A stretch of DNA of 64,000 nt. Source: Moniliella sp. 'wahieum' (taxonomy: Eukaryota). This document shows positions 39,641 to 52,943 of this stretch, in pieces. Under the pieces are notes generated by a model, which was not told the origin of the DNA, ran no database searches, and saw only the letters and a program-made list of their open reading frames with translations. The stretch is taken from NCBI GenBank assembly GCA_003971905.1, contig RSEE01000091.1:186001-250000 (forward strand), written 5' to 3'. Within the stretch, counting starts at the first letter, position 1, and each line of letters opens with the position of its first letter. The position numbers and the translations under genes are program-made.

Positions 39641-40233
39641 CACTCTTCTTTTGGTCATCAGTCACGGAATGTTTTTTCAGGTTACCTCGCATCTCTTCCT
39701 CCTTATGGAGACCCACCTTCGTTTTTGTCCTCGCTGCTTGTTCCTGTCTCTCGTTTTTTTTGCTGCATTCTCGTGTCTCCGCGTTTGTCACCCTACTATA
39801 TCATCTTTCCCAGTGGCCCCAAAGTGCTCTGCAATGCAACAAAACTGCTTCGATCGGTGTCCTAGATGATATATCTACACGCTAACATAATTACGTCCAC
39901 CAAGGAAAGCCCAACCTCGGGCCTGCTCCACAATCGCTGTCATGCATGTCAACAGCGATCGATGTGGCTTGGCTATCGTCGGCGTTGGTTGTCGGCGTTG
40001 GTTGTCGGCGTTGGCTGCACAAGCACCCTTGGCTAAGGACGAAAATGAAACAACCATTTGGGCCGACTGGCCCTGTGCCGGAGACCAGGCCAGGTGCAAC
40101 TTTGAAGCGGTAAGGTTCCGCTGCGCTCCGCATCGGTCCCCATCGGGCGTGGGCTTGTCAGACGTTGGATGTGTCGCGGGGGCTCCAGGGGCGGGGACCA
40201 AGTGCACACCACCACCACCACCCGTTCCGCACG

Positions 40234-41070
40234 ATGGGCCGCCACGGGATCATTTGCTGCTGTGTACGTGGTCGGCTTTGTTCTTCTTGTCCATGCACCG
40301 GGCTAACATGCTACCCACTTACTCTAGGCCCTGCCACTGATCAACAGTGGCAGCTACGGCATCTGCCTTCTCAACTTTCTCATGGGCATCGCCGGGTGTG
40401 CCCTTGCGTTTGGCCCCAAGGAGATTGTGGCTTTGATGGGGGTGTCATTGTCATGGACAAAGTACCTCACCGGTCTCTCGCTCCTGGTTGTGGGTCTGTG
40501 GCAGGTGGTGGGTGTGATTGGGATCGCAACGGAGCGGTACTCGGTCTACCGTCTCTACCTCTTTCTCCACCGGTTAGGCCTGCTGGTCATCTTCATCCCT
40601 GCCATTGTGTTTATCATTGTGGCCGGGGCGCAGCACTCCAAGACGTACAACTCGTGCATGGGTAACTTTGGGTACAACCCGCCCATCACTGCCTCAGGCC
40701 ACGTTAACAATTTTAACTCCAACACCTCCAATGAAGTTGGTCACGACATTTGCAACGCTCTCATTATGCCCAATTGGGCTGCATGTCTGGTCTTTCCTCC
40801 TCCTTGCGGTACTTGAAGTGCGTTTTGTCCCTTCTCTGTTTTATTAGTGTTGGAACTGACGCGTGACCTTACCCCCTTGCCCAGGCCTACTTCGTCACGT
40901 TGCAAACCTCCTACGGGCACCAAATGCGTGACGCTCTCCATGACTTCAAGAGGTAAGTTTTCGAAACCTCTCTTGGACTATTTGTCTCTTTTTCTATTGC
41001 ATATCCTAACTTCCACCCCCTTTTGCGACCATCAAGTGCCGATGAGATCCCTCTCACGTCCCATGCCTAA
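40234..41070 (+). CDS. Small multi-pass (probably 4-TM) membrane protein
   Basis: MGRHGIICCC, intron 40265-40328, three clear hydrophobic helices, loop with two Cys (SCMGNF...DICN), further short 3' exons inferred. Confidence 0.6.
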
Positions 41071-41820
41071 CCGCTGGGTCCTGTTACTCCCGCTTACCTG
41101 CCCTGCCATCTACTTTTCGCTCGCACCCTCCCCACCCCACTCCTCCTCACTGGACCTTTTTTGTCTCCGCCTTTTTTGTATCATGTCCTTGCACCGTCTG
41201 GGATCACCACAATTGAATATACAGCGTGGCGAGTGGCATGGCAGGCTGGGCAATCCTCGATTGCGCCGTCAAGCATCTTGGGTAAATGACGTTCGCTCCC
41301 CTGCCATGTCTGTGCCGGCCCCGCTATGAAGATCAGGTGCATTGCAGAGAAAAGTTCTTATGGTGTAAGTTATGTGACGTTGGGGGAGCATTGCAAAAGT
41401 GAATGGTTGATTGGGGGGTCTCTTGACGACCTACTAAGGACGAAAAGATCACCAGGAACTTGCCTAGGCACTAGTGGCACGGAGGTTGTTGGTCTCCAGA
41501 TCATACGGGTGCCTCACTGCCAACTAATCCTGAATCAAGTGGATCACATTGGTCCGCCCTCAGCCCTCGGGTTCGAGGGGCGAGTTTCAAGTGTCCATCC
41601 CCAATCCAAAAGGGATAGGGGTGCATTTGCATATCTCAACTGAGGCTTCGCTCTATCCCCATATATACGGGCCCTTTTGCACTTCATTTGTATTCATACA
41701 AGATTAGTACCTATGTTACCCCCCACTGCTATCAGATCTTGTCCGAGGAAGAATGGGGCCCTATAGCCGTGCTATGAAGAGTACTGGTAGACCACTGTTG
41801 CAAATGGCAAAATGAATATC

Positions 41821-42795
41821 TTACTTGGCTGCGTCGACCGCTGCTTGGCTCACTGTTTCGATAGTGGCGGTCGGAGTGAACCCGAGCAGCTCGTTGTCGA
41901 GCTTGTCCGTCGCAGCGCGGCCACGGCCATCAGCCTGGGCAGCCTTGAGGAAAGCAGCAAAGCCAGCGGGATCGGGCTGCTGCTCAATCGCCTTGACCTC
42001 CGCCTCAGGTTTGTAGGTAACGTCAAACTTGGACCCATCAGTTTCTCCACCTGCGCAATCCACTGGTTCCACGACGCAGTGATGCCAGCGACAGAGTAGT
42101 TGCGCCCGGCCCCCGGCTGCGGAAGCGGCGCCAGCGTGGCCAATACGGCAGCCCGACCAATGTCCACTAGGGCGGTCGCGTCAAAGGGTTGGTTTCCGTC
42201 ACCGTAGATGGTCGCCTTGCGGTTCTTGATGTCGATGTCGAAGAAAGGGGTGAGGACCCAGTCGGCAAACAGACCATTGGCCAGCGACGCCCAAGGCCCG
42301 CCCAACTGTGGTATGTCAGTATACAACATTTAAAAGAGGGAGAGGGGAGAAAACAAGGGAGAGAAGAGGGGCGTACCTCGTTCAAGGTTGTATGGAATGC
42401 CTTGCGGTCCGCAAGCCAGGGGTGGAGCTGAGCTGGGGAGAGTAGCGGAAGAAGTCGGAGCCAAACTCAGCCGAAACAAAGAGCTTGACGTTCGCCGCCT
42501 TAGCCGCCTTAGCAATCGGCAGCTGAGTTGAACCGTTGGCACCACCGGTGGCAGCGATCAGAGCCTCGATGTTGTGGCTCTTCAGGGCCTCGGCCACTGC
42601 GGCCTCGTCGTCATAGGAGGGGATCTTGACGAGCGTGACCTTGTCCGCATACGGTTGGACGCTCGGGCCAGTAGGGTCGCGGGTGAGGAGAACGATAGGC
42701 TTGGCCAGACCGGGCGTAGCAAGCAGGGCGTTCAGCACGGGCGCGCCCACATGGCCCACGCCAGCGACAGCAATGCGAGTGATTCCGTTGGTCAT
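41821..42795 (-). CDS. NmrA/isoflavone reductase-like NAD(P)-binding protein
   Basis: RIAVAGVGHVGAPVLNALL (Rossmann), AAKAANVKLFVSAEFGSD, IYGDGNQPFDATALVDIGRA. One intron ~42330-42375. Confidence 0.85.
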
Positions 42796-44098
42796 ATTGA
42801 TGAAGAAAAGAAGGGGGATATGTAGAGATGTGGTGGTGGGACGGAGGAGGGAGAGAGGGATAAAGGGAAGGAGGATTCGGTTATATAGCAGATGAAAGTG
42901 CCACAACCATAGCGCGCCCTTAATTCCGGTTCCGCGCGACAGGATAGGGCCGCGTGCGGGCGTATACTACCGTGTGCTTGCTGGAGGGATGACATATCAA
43001 GCTTGCATCAAGCGTCGGCGACATGCTGTACTTGACAGTCAAGAGCTTGATCTGTGAGAAAGCTGTGTGTGTGCATCAGCGACCCATCCTCCAAGAATTC
43101 CATGGCACATATGGGACAGAATCAATCGCGACAGATACTCTGGTACTATAGAGTTGTTATGTCCGGATCGAAGCACTAGTACAACGTCTTATGCCAAGAA
43201 AAGTATTGACCCGGGGACTCAGTACTCACCGGCAGTATTGCAGTGCAGGATCTAGCATGCGGCCAGAGGCCCGGGTGTAACTAAGGGGGCTCACACCGAC
43301 ACCTCTCACGAGAGGTCTCGGATGCATTGGCCAAACGAGGTTGAAGCTCTTGTGGAGCTTGAACTGATAGCGTGCTTGGAGGCGTGGATAATGTACTTCT
43401 CCATGGATGCTATGTCAGCTCGTTGACGTGACCGGCGATACGCATCCAGCTCCTATGCTGTGAAAGGGTCTACGAGGCACAATACATGCAATGCGGCCGG
43501 ACGGTGGTGAGTTCTATCCCCACGTTTAAGACCCAATAACCTGATAGGCCGCGGACGAGGCACTTGCTAGCGTGGAGTACGCACATGGCGGCCACACTGC
43601 TACCGTGCGGCTAGTCAGACAGGTGTCAGACCTAAGCGGCCTAAACTCCGACCCCGCACCCTTTTATTATTGGTTTGTGTGTAGTTACTACAGGTATCTA
43701 GACCACCGGAGATTACCGGTAGCCGGCAATAACAGCGCTGACAACTCGCTAACCCCATCCTACACAATGCGCATTCACCACCACAGCCGGCAAAACCTAC
43801 ATCTGTTTTGGACGTTGATGCGAAGGTTTGTTGAGCCACGCCAAATTGCAAACGTCTGTGTCTTTTGTCCACCGTCACAACTATGGGAGCAAAATGGTCA
43901 GAAGGTTGCCGGCTAGACCTGCTCTCCTGTACAGCCACACAGCCAGGAACATATCACGGTGCAGCCTTCTGTATCAGCAAGCACCTCCAGTCACTAATCG
44001 CAATCTTGTGGTATATCTACCGCTTGCTCCAACGGTAATCTTCAATAAGCTTCACAGAACATACGGTATTCTCTGCTATGCGCCGCCTCTCATGCGGA

Positions 44099-47000
44099 TC
44101 AAGCACAGAACGTCACGCAATTAAGTCTCAACATGATCTCACCCAGCTCGCCATTCATGATCCGTTCGGACACGTAGACAGAGCTTTTATAGTTAGGTCC
44201 GGGGCGAAGGGGAAGGAGCGCGTCCCATGCCCGCAGCGGATGGCGGTACACTAGCGCCTCACACCGGACGCTTGAGCTGGTTGTGCCAAGGGCGATGCTT
44301 TGGCCTGGTAGCGCAGTGGAAACGACCCTGGCGTCGACGGTGCCCGACGTACCGTGGCTATAGTCGGACTGGAAGGTCGAGCCACAGACACTGGCGGAAC
44401 GTCGGGCAGCTTGTTGTTGCCCTGGGTGGGGAGCGCTGCCAGGGCTCGCCTGCGAGGCGACCAAGGGCGATTCGAGACGTTGGCCCTGCGCTGCAGCGAC
44501 CGCGAGGGCGTCCAATGGGGACACCGACATCCTCGACCCATTAGCCAACTGCGGTGGTAAGTGTGGCACTGGATGTCCCACTGGGAACGGGTGTCCCTGA
44601 CCCTGGACTGGAGGCGTACTGGACGTGCCAATGGAAGGGGAGGCCCCTGACCCTGGCCCTGACCTGACCCGGAGAGGCGAGCGTGCCAGGATAACCGAAG
44701 GGCGGCGGATGTGCTCCATTGGCCCCAGGAGGGAACCCCGGGGGACCAGGTGCGAAACCCTGTGGGACCCCGGCAGCGGGAGGGCGTCCCCCGGGAAATG
44801 GTGGCGGGAAAGGAGAGGGTGGAAGTTGGATCCCTGAGGCAGAGGGGGATGGGGGTGGGAGGCGGGGGGAGCAGGTCCAGCTGACTGCGAAGGAGTATGC
44901 GTGTAAGGCGCTGGGGTGACGGTGGTAGGCGTGCTCGATGGAGAGAGAGGGAGGAACCGAAGCGGGAGGAACCGAAGTGGGGGAACCGAGGTGGGAGGAA
45001 CCGAAAACAGTGCCGAACGGGTGGAGACGAGACCCCTCCGTGCCCGGGGCAAGTTGAGGGACTTACGAGACGCTCTACTTCTCTGCCCTAGCGCGTTGGT
45101 CTTCAAGTTTGCGCTGGCGCTCGTCGCTTGGACGTTCGATCGGCTGACCATCGGCACCGAGGATTGGAGAAGGACGATGCAGAGTGCAATAGAATACCGT
45201 CTTGGGATCGGTCCACTTGGGAGCTTGGGCACCATGTCGGTTAACAAACTTGGACCAGCACTGGTGGGTATGTTGCCACACCCCACACGTTTCACAAGCG
45301 ACAGTCCTTCCTTTGGCCAAAGATTGTGCCCATGAATTCCACCGACCTCCCAGGCAAACTCCCATCTGAGGAGCCGAAACTTTGACCTTCTTGAGTGCCG
45401 GAGGCGGAGGGAGGGAAGATGGAGTGGCCGGTGGCGAAGTGCCTTCAGCATGGGGGGTAGATGGTCCCCCTGATGAGGTACGTGCCTCGTCCCGTTTACG
45501 CTTGCGCTCATCCCGAACCCTCTCACGTTCCACTCGGTCCATCTCCTCCTTTTCACGACGAGCCTTTTGTTCCTCAATTCGAGCTCGCAACCGATCTTCC
45601 CGTGCTTGAGCTTTATTCAGCTTATCTCGCTCCGCACGCTCCGCTTCCTCTTCTGCCCGTTGAGCAGCCGAGATGCGTGCTTCGGCTTCGGCCTGCGCTT
45701 CTGCCTCCGCCTCAGCACGATGCTGTTCCTCTTCTCTGGCAACTAGGCGAGAAGACCGTTTGCGCGTGGCCAAAGCCAATTCCATCGCCGCTGCTTTAGC
45801 CTGGGCATCAAGATCGGCCAGAATGCGGTCTAGAACGTCAGAGGCGAGATGGGCGTGAAGCGCAGCCTCGTCCGGGTCTTGGACCAATCCCCGGTTGGCC
45901 CCCTTTCGGTGTGACTTTGCCTTTTCCGGTGGACGAAGGGCAGCAGCAAACGCCTCCCATTGCGCACGGGTCACACATACCACTTCCATCTCAACTGAAC
46001 GTGGAGAGCCTTCGGCATCCACTTCTCCGGGCAGGGCGGCCTCGAGTGCAACTGCATCTCGTTCCACTTGCTCATCCCATTCGGCCCACGTTTGTTCCAA
46101 TTGGGCTTGGGCAGCCTCAGCTTCGCGACGTTGCGCCTCCGCTTTCTCTTGGGCCAGTTGCTCCGCCGTCTTGGGTTCCTTCTCCACTGGGAGCTCGCCG
46201 TTGAGCGCACCATTCGTCTCGGTACTCTTCGGCTCCTGCGACTCGGTTCCGGGCTGGCCCACATCGTCAATTTGCATCTTCTCATCCTGGGTCGAAGTGT
46301 CTGTATGCTGCTCGTGCGGCGCACCATTTTGTTGGGCCGGTTGTGCCTGCTCACTCTCGGAGGCTTCACCATGCCCCTTGTCCTCGGTCACCTCGGACCT
46401 GGGAGCATCCTGCTCCTGAGCCTGGTGACCGTCTTGAGAAGAAGTCTCTTGCTTGTCCTCAGTTGGGAGGGCTTCTGGGTCTTCCTCCTGATTGGCAGGG
46501 GCCGGATGTTCATCTGGGGAGGCCTTCTCCTGCAAAGCGGTCTGGTCAACACTCGTGTCGTTCAGCCATTCCTCAGGAGGGTCTTCCCACTCCTTTCCTC
46601 CGGGCTGGCCCTGCGCCGGCTTCTTTTGCCGCGAGGGGAAGGGTGCGAGCGAGACTGGCGTGCTTGGGCACGCAGTTCCCGTGCGGACAATTTGGGTACC
46701 TCCTGCTCCTCCTGCTCCTCTGCATTTTCTTCCAAATACGTAGAATTGCGCGTCGATCGACGGCCCTTGGCGCGCCCGTTGGCTTGGGACTTGGGTTTGC
46801 CCTTGGCGCGCGGGGGAGGGGGAGTCGGTTCGGGGCTGGGTTCGGGGCTGGGTTCGGGGCTGGGCTCGGGGACGGGGAGGAAGCGGCCGAAACGGGTGCG
46901 GGGGGGTACTGCACCCATAAACGGTTATCATCAAAGAGCCAGTACGCGTTGGCATGGCGGTCCCACCCGATCGGCTCGATTCGGCCCCACTGGACCAGAT

Positions 47001-47520
47001 CCTCGTCCGAGCCCAGCAGCTTACGGAACCGTTCGGGTTGGTGCATAAACCATTCTGTCACATCGTGCAGCACGCCTACCTTGAGTGCCATCGCAAGGGA
47101 AGACCATGCGCGCGGGTGAGCGTCGGAGCCGAGCCAGGCGGTGCGCTCCGGGGTGCGGAGCGCATACTCTTTGCGCAGGATGGAGAGCCAGGTAGCGTGC
47201 GAGACCGGGCGGAGGGTGAGGGCACGCAGGAGCCTGACCAGTACATCGGCGGCGTACGTGCCGCCATGAAGGGCGAGGTCTTGTTCGAGCGTGTGGGTGG
47301 AGAAGTTGGGGAGGGCAAGGGCGTCCTGGAGGGACCAGAGGAACTGGCAGACGGCGGCAAAGCGCCAGTCGCGTCGCAGGCGGCGATGGGGAGCGGGACG
47401 CTGGGCGCTACGGCGAGGGCGGCGGCGAGCGGGTCGGAGGGGGCGGGGAGCGGGGGGGTGGCGGTGGCGGCGGCGGGGGTCGCGGGCTGCCGACACGCGG
47501 CCCGAGCGACGGCGGCTCAT
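44099..47520 (-). CDS. Chromatin protein with DDT/WHIM-like N-terminus, coiled coil and PHD finger
   Basis: WRFAAVCQFL, LKVGVLHDVTEW, RIEPIGWDRHANAYWLFDDNRLW, VVCVTRAQWEAF, RKRSSRL, VACETCGVWQH..C...FYC. Low-complexity C-terminus; end uncertain. Confidence 0.7.
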
Positions 47521-47794
47521 CGGGCGAAGCAGCAGCTGTGGCTGGGAGATGGGCGGGTGGCAGCGGCGGCTGGCACTCCCCGTGCATGGCGCTCGGCATG
47601 TGTGCTAGGGTTGCGCCCTCCGCTTCCGCCCGCCTCTGTTCCGCCGCGCCGTCCAACGCAAAGCAAAGCACTCGGCCGGCTTTTCCAGTTTCAATGTGTG
47701 ATGCCTGGAAACTTCTGGCGACCGGTTGCCCATGGCGCCCAGCCCAGGACCCAGTCAGTACCCCCATCGAGCCACCACCACCACCGCAACCGCC

Positions 47795-48521
47795 ATGTCG
47801 GCTGCCCCCTTCCGCGCCACCGCGCCCGTGCTCGGCGCTGCGTCTGCCCATCTACTCCAAGTCCGGAAACAAGAACTTCTACAAGGGTACGGGCGCCAAG
47901 AATGTGCTGCTGCGCCAACGTATTACGCGCACCACCCGCCGCGGCAAGGTGCTGCTTGACAAGAAGGGCTTCCCCGACGAGTGGACATGGAAGATGGCCC
48001 AGATCGACGAGAGCCGTACCACTGCTTATGTTGTTCCCCCTGGCCTGGGCGAGTGCAAGGTACGCAGCCTTCTTGCTCGCCCGCATTCTCGACCGCCTCG
48101 ACTGACCTTTTCTGCTTACTTGCTTGTCTGTGTGTGTGCCCGCCTGTCTATTTGTCTGTCTGTGTCTGTCTGTCTGTCCGCGTTTCCTCTGTCCCCAGCT
48201 TCGTCCCTTTGTCTTCACAGGCACAGCAAAGGAGGGTGGTCTGCCTCAACGCTCGCAGACGGGTTACCTGGACTCGACGTGGGCCTACCCCGAGCACAAG
48301 GCCGAGGATGCAACGGATGTCAGTCACCCCGCTTGGTTGAGCTGGACGGCGTACCAGCGTTCGAGGGAGGACGGTTTAACCCTCGTTTCTATTCTGTGTT
48401 GGGAGAGACGATCCGGGAGCGGCGTGCGGACCGCGCCACGGCCTCATCCACCAAGTCGGACGGTTCCGAGCCAAAATCCCAGGGCGGCGTGCTCAGCCGC
48501 TTTGGTTTGGGACGCAAGTAA
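47795..48521 (+). CDS. MRPL27: Mitochondrial ribosomal protein L27 (mL41)
   Basis: Presequence-like MSAAPFRATAPVLG, then LPIYSKSGNKNFYKGTGA and TTAYVVPPGL. Intron ~48060-48220. Confidence 0.75.
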
Positions 48522-48734
48522 TCATTTCGCATTTGGCTATGCAACCTGAGCTATGGGGGACGGGAAGCGAAGCGGCAGCACACATGCCCGGCGCCTGGTG
48601 ATCAGCAGGGGACCTCCGTAGTTGCTCAGATCGAGCCGAGACGTTACAAAAGCGTCCTTCATGATAAGGAGAAAAGGAGACACGCATGGAAAGCGGAAGT
48701 GGGGAAGAGGCGGGGGGGCAATATGTCATTTACG

Positions 48735-49528
48735 TTACTCGCCAGTGGAGATGCCAACAATGCTCAGCGCCCGCATTTCGTTTAACACGCCCTCCACCTG
48801 TTCGTCCAATACACCGCCAGCATAGTCTTCGCGCACCCGTTCGTCAAAGTACCTCTGCACGCCACCCAGCTTTTCGTAGCCCATTTCCGATACCTTGGCT
48901 TGCACGCGCACCATGGCTTCGAACGAGGGGTCGAGATAAGGCACTCGGAGCCCACGCAGCTGGGGAAGTTCCTCTTTCAGTTGCTGATCGATCGTCTCAA
49001 ACAAGAGCTTGGTGTCTTCCATCTCCTTTTCTGCACGAGGCAGCTTGGTCGGGTCCTCGTGGTTCTTGTCCAGCACCTTCTTGTACCGCGAACGAGCGGC
49101 ATCGTAGTCAAGCAACTTCTTATTGCGCTTTTCGATGTTCTTGTTGATCTCAGGGAAGTAGGACGCCATCTTACCGATCGGGTCGAGCACGGTGGCGCGG
49201 AAAGTAGCGTCAATGTCCTGAGCCAGCTCCGTATCGTACTCATCAGCCGCGCGGCGGTAGGCGTTGGCGGCGACAGAGGACTCGTTTGTGTCGTTAAAGA
49301 AGAGCTCAACTCCATCTGCAATGCGGGACTGGGCAGCAGCCATGCCCGGACTGCATCGAGGTAGGTCTTGGCTTCTCGCTGGAGCTGCTGGATCTGTTTC
49401 TCCATGCCCTTATTGACCGAGGTGAACTCGTCAAACTCGGGGTCATCGGTGCGCTCGATCTGCCCGGTCTTTTGCATGACCGTGGTGCCGGCGCGGTTGA
49501 TCGCCTTCTGGAAGCCCTTCCAGGACAT
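48735..49528 (-). CDS. RVS161: BAR-domain amphiphysin Rvs161/Hob3
   Basis: MSWKGFQKAINRAGTTVMQKTGQIERTDDPEF, KRNKKLLDYDAARS, LKEELPQL, RVPYLDPSFEAMVRVQ. One frameshift near 49345. Confidence 0.92.
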
Positions 49529-49970
49529 GATGGGCGGGTGGGAGTGCGGGCAAGGAGGTGGGGGTGGGGGGAGAGATGGGGCGGTGACAGCAACGCGAGC
49601 AGTGCCACGCCCACACGGCAAGCGCAGGGCAACCAACGGCAACGCAGCACCGGCACGGCGCCAGTCTCACCCGCCTTGGCTCCTTGGCCGGCGGAATGTC
49701 CTATCGCCCAACTCCCATGACCGCGGAATTGGCTACTGGGGTGCAAGTGTCTCATGTCCAAGGTGCATAATTAACAGCTGTCTACCACCACCACTAAGCA
49801 GATTCTCAACCATGCATCCATATCCATACGAGAGCAACAAACAGTGGGTTGGACAAGGGAATACACGGGACTGGATTCGAAAGAGTGGGTGTGACTGGAC
49901 CGGATGGGGCAAGGTAAGGCGAGAGCAGACCAAACCGAACCAAAGTGGGCCAGCTTCCAATTGGACGTTC

Positions 49971-52543
49971 TTAGTCGGCAAACGCCCAGATGGTGCCCAC
50001 GACCGCGGCGACTGCCGACACAGCGAGAATGAAGAGGTCGAGCATGATGGCACCATAGCTCATCTCGTGCCTAAACAGCTTGAGCTTAGCCAACAACGGT
50101 CCGAGCACACAGGTGGTGATGACCAAGAACGAGCCAAGGAAGGCCATCACCTTCTCAAACCCAGGCAACGCAATGGCCGTGAGGGTAATTAGCACCGACA
50201 CACCCACCTGCACACCAATGCGGGCCAAGCGGGAAGTGCGGTCCTCTTCCGCTGGCGCGTAGCTAGCGCCAGCACTATCAGGCAACGCAGCTGCTTCGCC
50301 ACTGGGACCCAAGCCGAGTGAATCGAGGGTGGGGGCGGTACCGAGCGAGGTGGGGCGCTTGGCGTTGGGATCTGCTGTTCCATTCGGCGCAGCGACCGAA
50401 CGTCTGAAGGAAGTAGTGGATGTGCGCGTCAATTTGCGCGACATACGACGGTTGTCGCCCACGGCTCCATACCCTTCTTCCTCCACCGCGAGAGAAGGAC
50501 GGTGGGAGGCGCGCCGGTGCGGGTGGTGAGGCGGGTGCGAGTGCGGGCGTGCATGTGGTGCCGTAGGCTCTTCCACCCCCAGAGCCGACTCGAAGGTATT
50601 GATTACCGGCCGCGCAGCAAGGGCAAACTTGGAAAGCGGGTTGATCACAATCAGCCAGACGGCCACCTGATTGAGTGTGGGCGGGAACCCAGGGGTGCGG
50701 GCCAAGTCCTTGGTGATCTCATCTGAGACGCTCGTTCCAAACATGGCGTACCCCGCCGCCCCCATGGAAAGGTAGAGCACAGTCGCAGCGAGATAAGCGC
50801 GGTCAAGCATCTTGGGGAACTGAATCGGCTCCCGCATGTCCCGTGCCAAGCTGGGGATGACTGGATGGGAGCTGAAACCAGACATGATCAGACCAAACGC
50901 CAAGGGTACGCGGGCCCAGTCGGGACGAACCGTGCCCGAAGGATCCCATTCCCAAAGACTGCCAGGCGCCGAAGGCTTAATCACCCCGTCGACCAGCACC
51001 ACAGCGACAAGCGTCAATGCCGACAGAATTCCGACGACACTCACAGGGCTCAAGAGTTTGAGCGGGAGGAAGATGGTGGGGAGAACCAAGGCAAGGCAGA
51101 CGAGCTTGTATGCATTCGCGCCAGGGCCGGTGGGGAAGATGGCGTGCAAACTGTCGGCAAAGAGGATCACCAAAGCCACGCACACCGCCCAGAGTTCCAG
51201 GCAGAAGAGGGTACTAACCCACGCGCGCGCACGGGGGCCGAATGCATACGAGCCAATATCAGCGTACGTCTTGAGTCTGCCATTGCGTGCCAGAATGCTA
51301 AAGAGAACCTTGCCAGTATAGTTGGTCAACCACCACAGATCAGAAAGAGCAGTGGACCACCAATCCAGCCAGCATAACTAAACGCCAATGGCGTCGCCAG
51401 AATGCCAACGCCCATCACGGCATTGAGGGTGTTGAACCAAGATTGGAGGAAAGTGCTCGTACCAGCAGGATAAGCGACCCCTGGAGCCGCATGGGGGTGG
51501 ATAAGCGTGCTACGCCGCCGAGCTGCGATTCCCAGCCCAGACGAACGACGCTTAGCCCCATCCAAAAGGGTGGCCTGCTCCCCATTGGCCATCGAGCCAC
51601 GCAGACCCAGCTTGGGATCCCCATTCTCGAGGCCAGCCGAACTGAGAGGACGAGGATGTGGGTGGGAGCGGCGGGTACGAGAGGCGCTGCTGGATTGAGA
51701 GCGGGATTGACGAGTGCCGAGGAGGCGTCTGCCGGAAGTAGTTGAGTCGGTTGTACTGGGCCGACGACCGCTCGAGCCCAAAGGAGCAGGGGGGTGCAGC
51801 AGACCATCCCCTTTGTCCATGTCGGACCGGCTTCGACGCCGGCCGCGCTCACGCCCCTCGTCCTGGGATGGGACATCATCGTCGGCGAGTTTGCGCAGCT
51901 TATCATTACGTGCCTGCAGTGCCGCACGCGAAAGATTGCTCAGGCCCCGGCTGCCCTGGTTCAAACCAAGCCCGTCGTTCAAGTGCGCCGCGTCTGCCTG
52001 CCCTCCCAGAGGAGCACGCGCATTCGAGGGAAGTTGTTCTCCAACCCAGTGGTTAGGTAGATGGACGAAGGTCGACAGTCGTGCCGCCGGCCTCATCGTC
52101 TTCGCCGTGCTCGCTTTCGGACGGGCAAGGCCATCGTCCACAGGGGCTTCAGACGCATCAGGAGTATAGTGGTGGCGTAGTACTGTCCCGAGCCCTCCTC
52201 CTCCTCTTCCTCGTCACCGCTGTACTCTTCGTCCTCATCTTCGTCATAATAGTCCTCGTCATCTTCGAAAGAGTCGGAGGCGTCAAAAGCCTGCTCCTCA
52301 TCCGAGGCGCCAGGGATGTAGTGTTCGACAAAGGAAGGCGAGGTGCCAATGTTTCGCGTAGAAGGCCTGGGAGCGGGAGTAGGACCAAACAAGATCCAAG
52401 CTGCTCTTCCATGTTGGCTGCTGGTGGCCACGAGTCTCGCGATCGCGGCGGCCAGAGGAAGGGCCAGGAGCGGCGCCTCTACCGCTAGGCCCAGGCACGG
52501 GGCGGGCGGGGATGGGCTTGCCACTGGGCGCGGCGGCAGGCAT
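49971..52543 (-). CDS. Vacuolar amino acid transporter, AVT1-like (AAAP/Aa_trans family)
   Basis: STFLQSWFNTLNAVMGVGILATPLAFSYAGWIGG, NYTGKVL, FSSHPVIPSLARDM, INPLSKFAL, FEKVMAFLGS; many TM helices and a long acidic/disordered N-terminus. Confidence 0.88.
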
Positions 52544-52797
52544 CAAGTCGGGTTCGATTGGTGGGCACCTCAAGCGAGGGTGGAGGGCGAGCGGGGGGTG
52601 GTGGTGCGCTGGAAGAAGACGAGAAAGAGCAAAGATAAGCGGAGCAGCCGACGTTCGCTGCAACCAAACCACGCCAGTGTTCTGCGTTTCTCTTGCTTTT
52701 CCTTTCCCTTTTCGGCTATGGCGGCCAAGCACGCCCATTGAAACATTCAGCTGGTGTGATGGTCGGTGGACGCAGATCCTCCGGACCTGGTCTAAGA

Positions 52798-52814
52798 TTA
52801 TCGATTATCGATTA
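52798..52814. repeat. TTA-TCGA heptad run upstream of the transporter gene
   Basis: TTA at 52798, 52805, 52812 with TCGA spacers. Confidence 0.7.
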
Positions 52815-52943
52815 AGTCTACCACACTGCATGTATCGTGACACTGGCGCCAGCAGCCAGCGTCGCCAAGTATACGCGAGTCACGCGCGTCTCGCCATAGC
52901 ATTCATGAGCCAGCAGCAGCGCATCCCAATGGCATCAAATACA

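Noticed and set aside
46827..46870. 12-bp repeat GGTTCGGGGCTG x3
   Set aside because: In-frame coding repeat within a Pro-rich linker of the PHD protein; ordinary.
46068..48105. Long + strand ORFs (326, 258, 383 aa) opposite the PHD protein gene, and similar antisense ORFs elsewhere
   Set aside because: Shadow ORFs expected from GC-rich coding DNA; low-complexity translations with no motifs.
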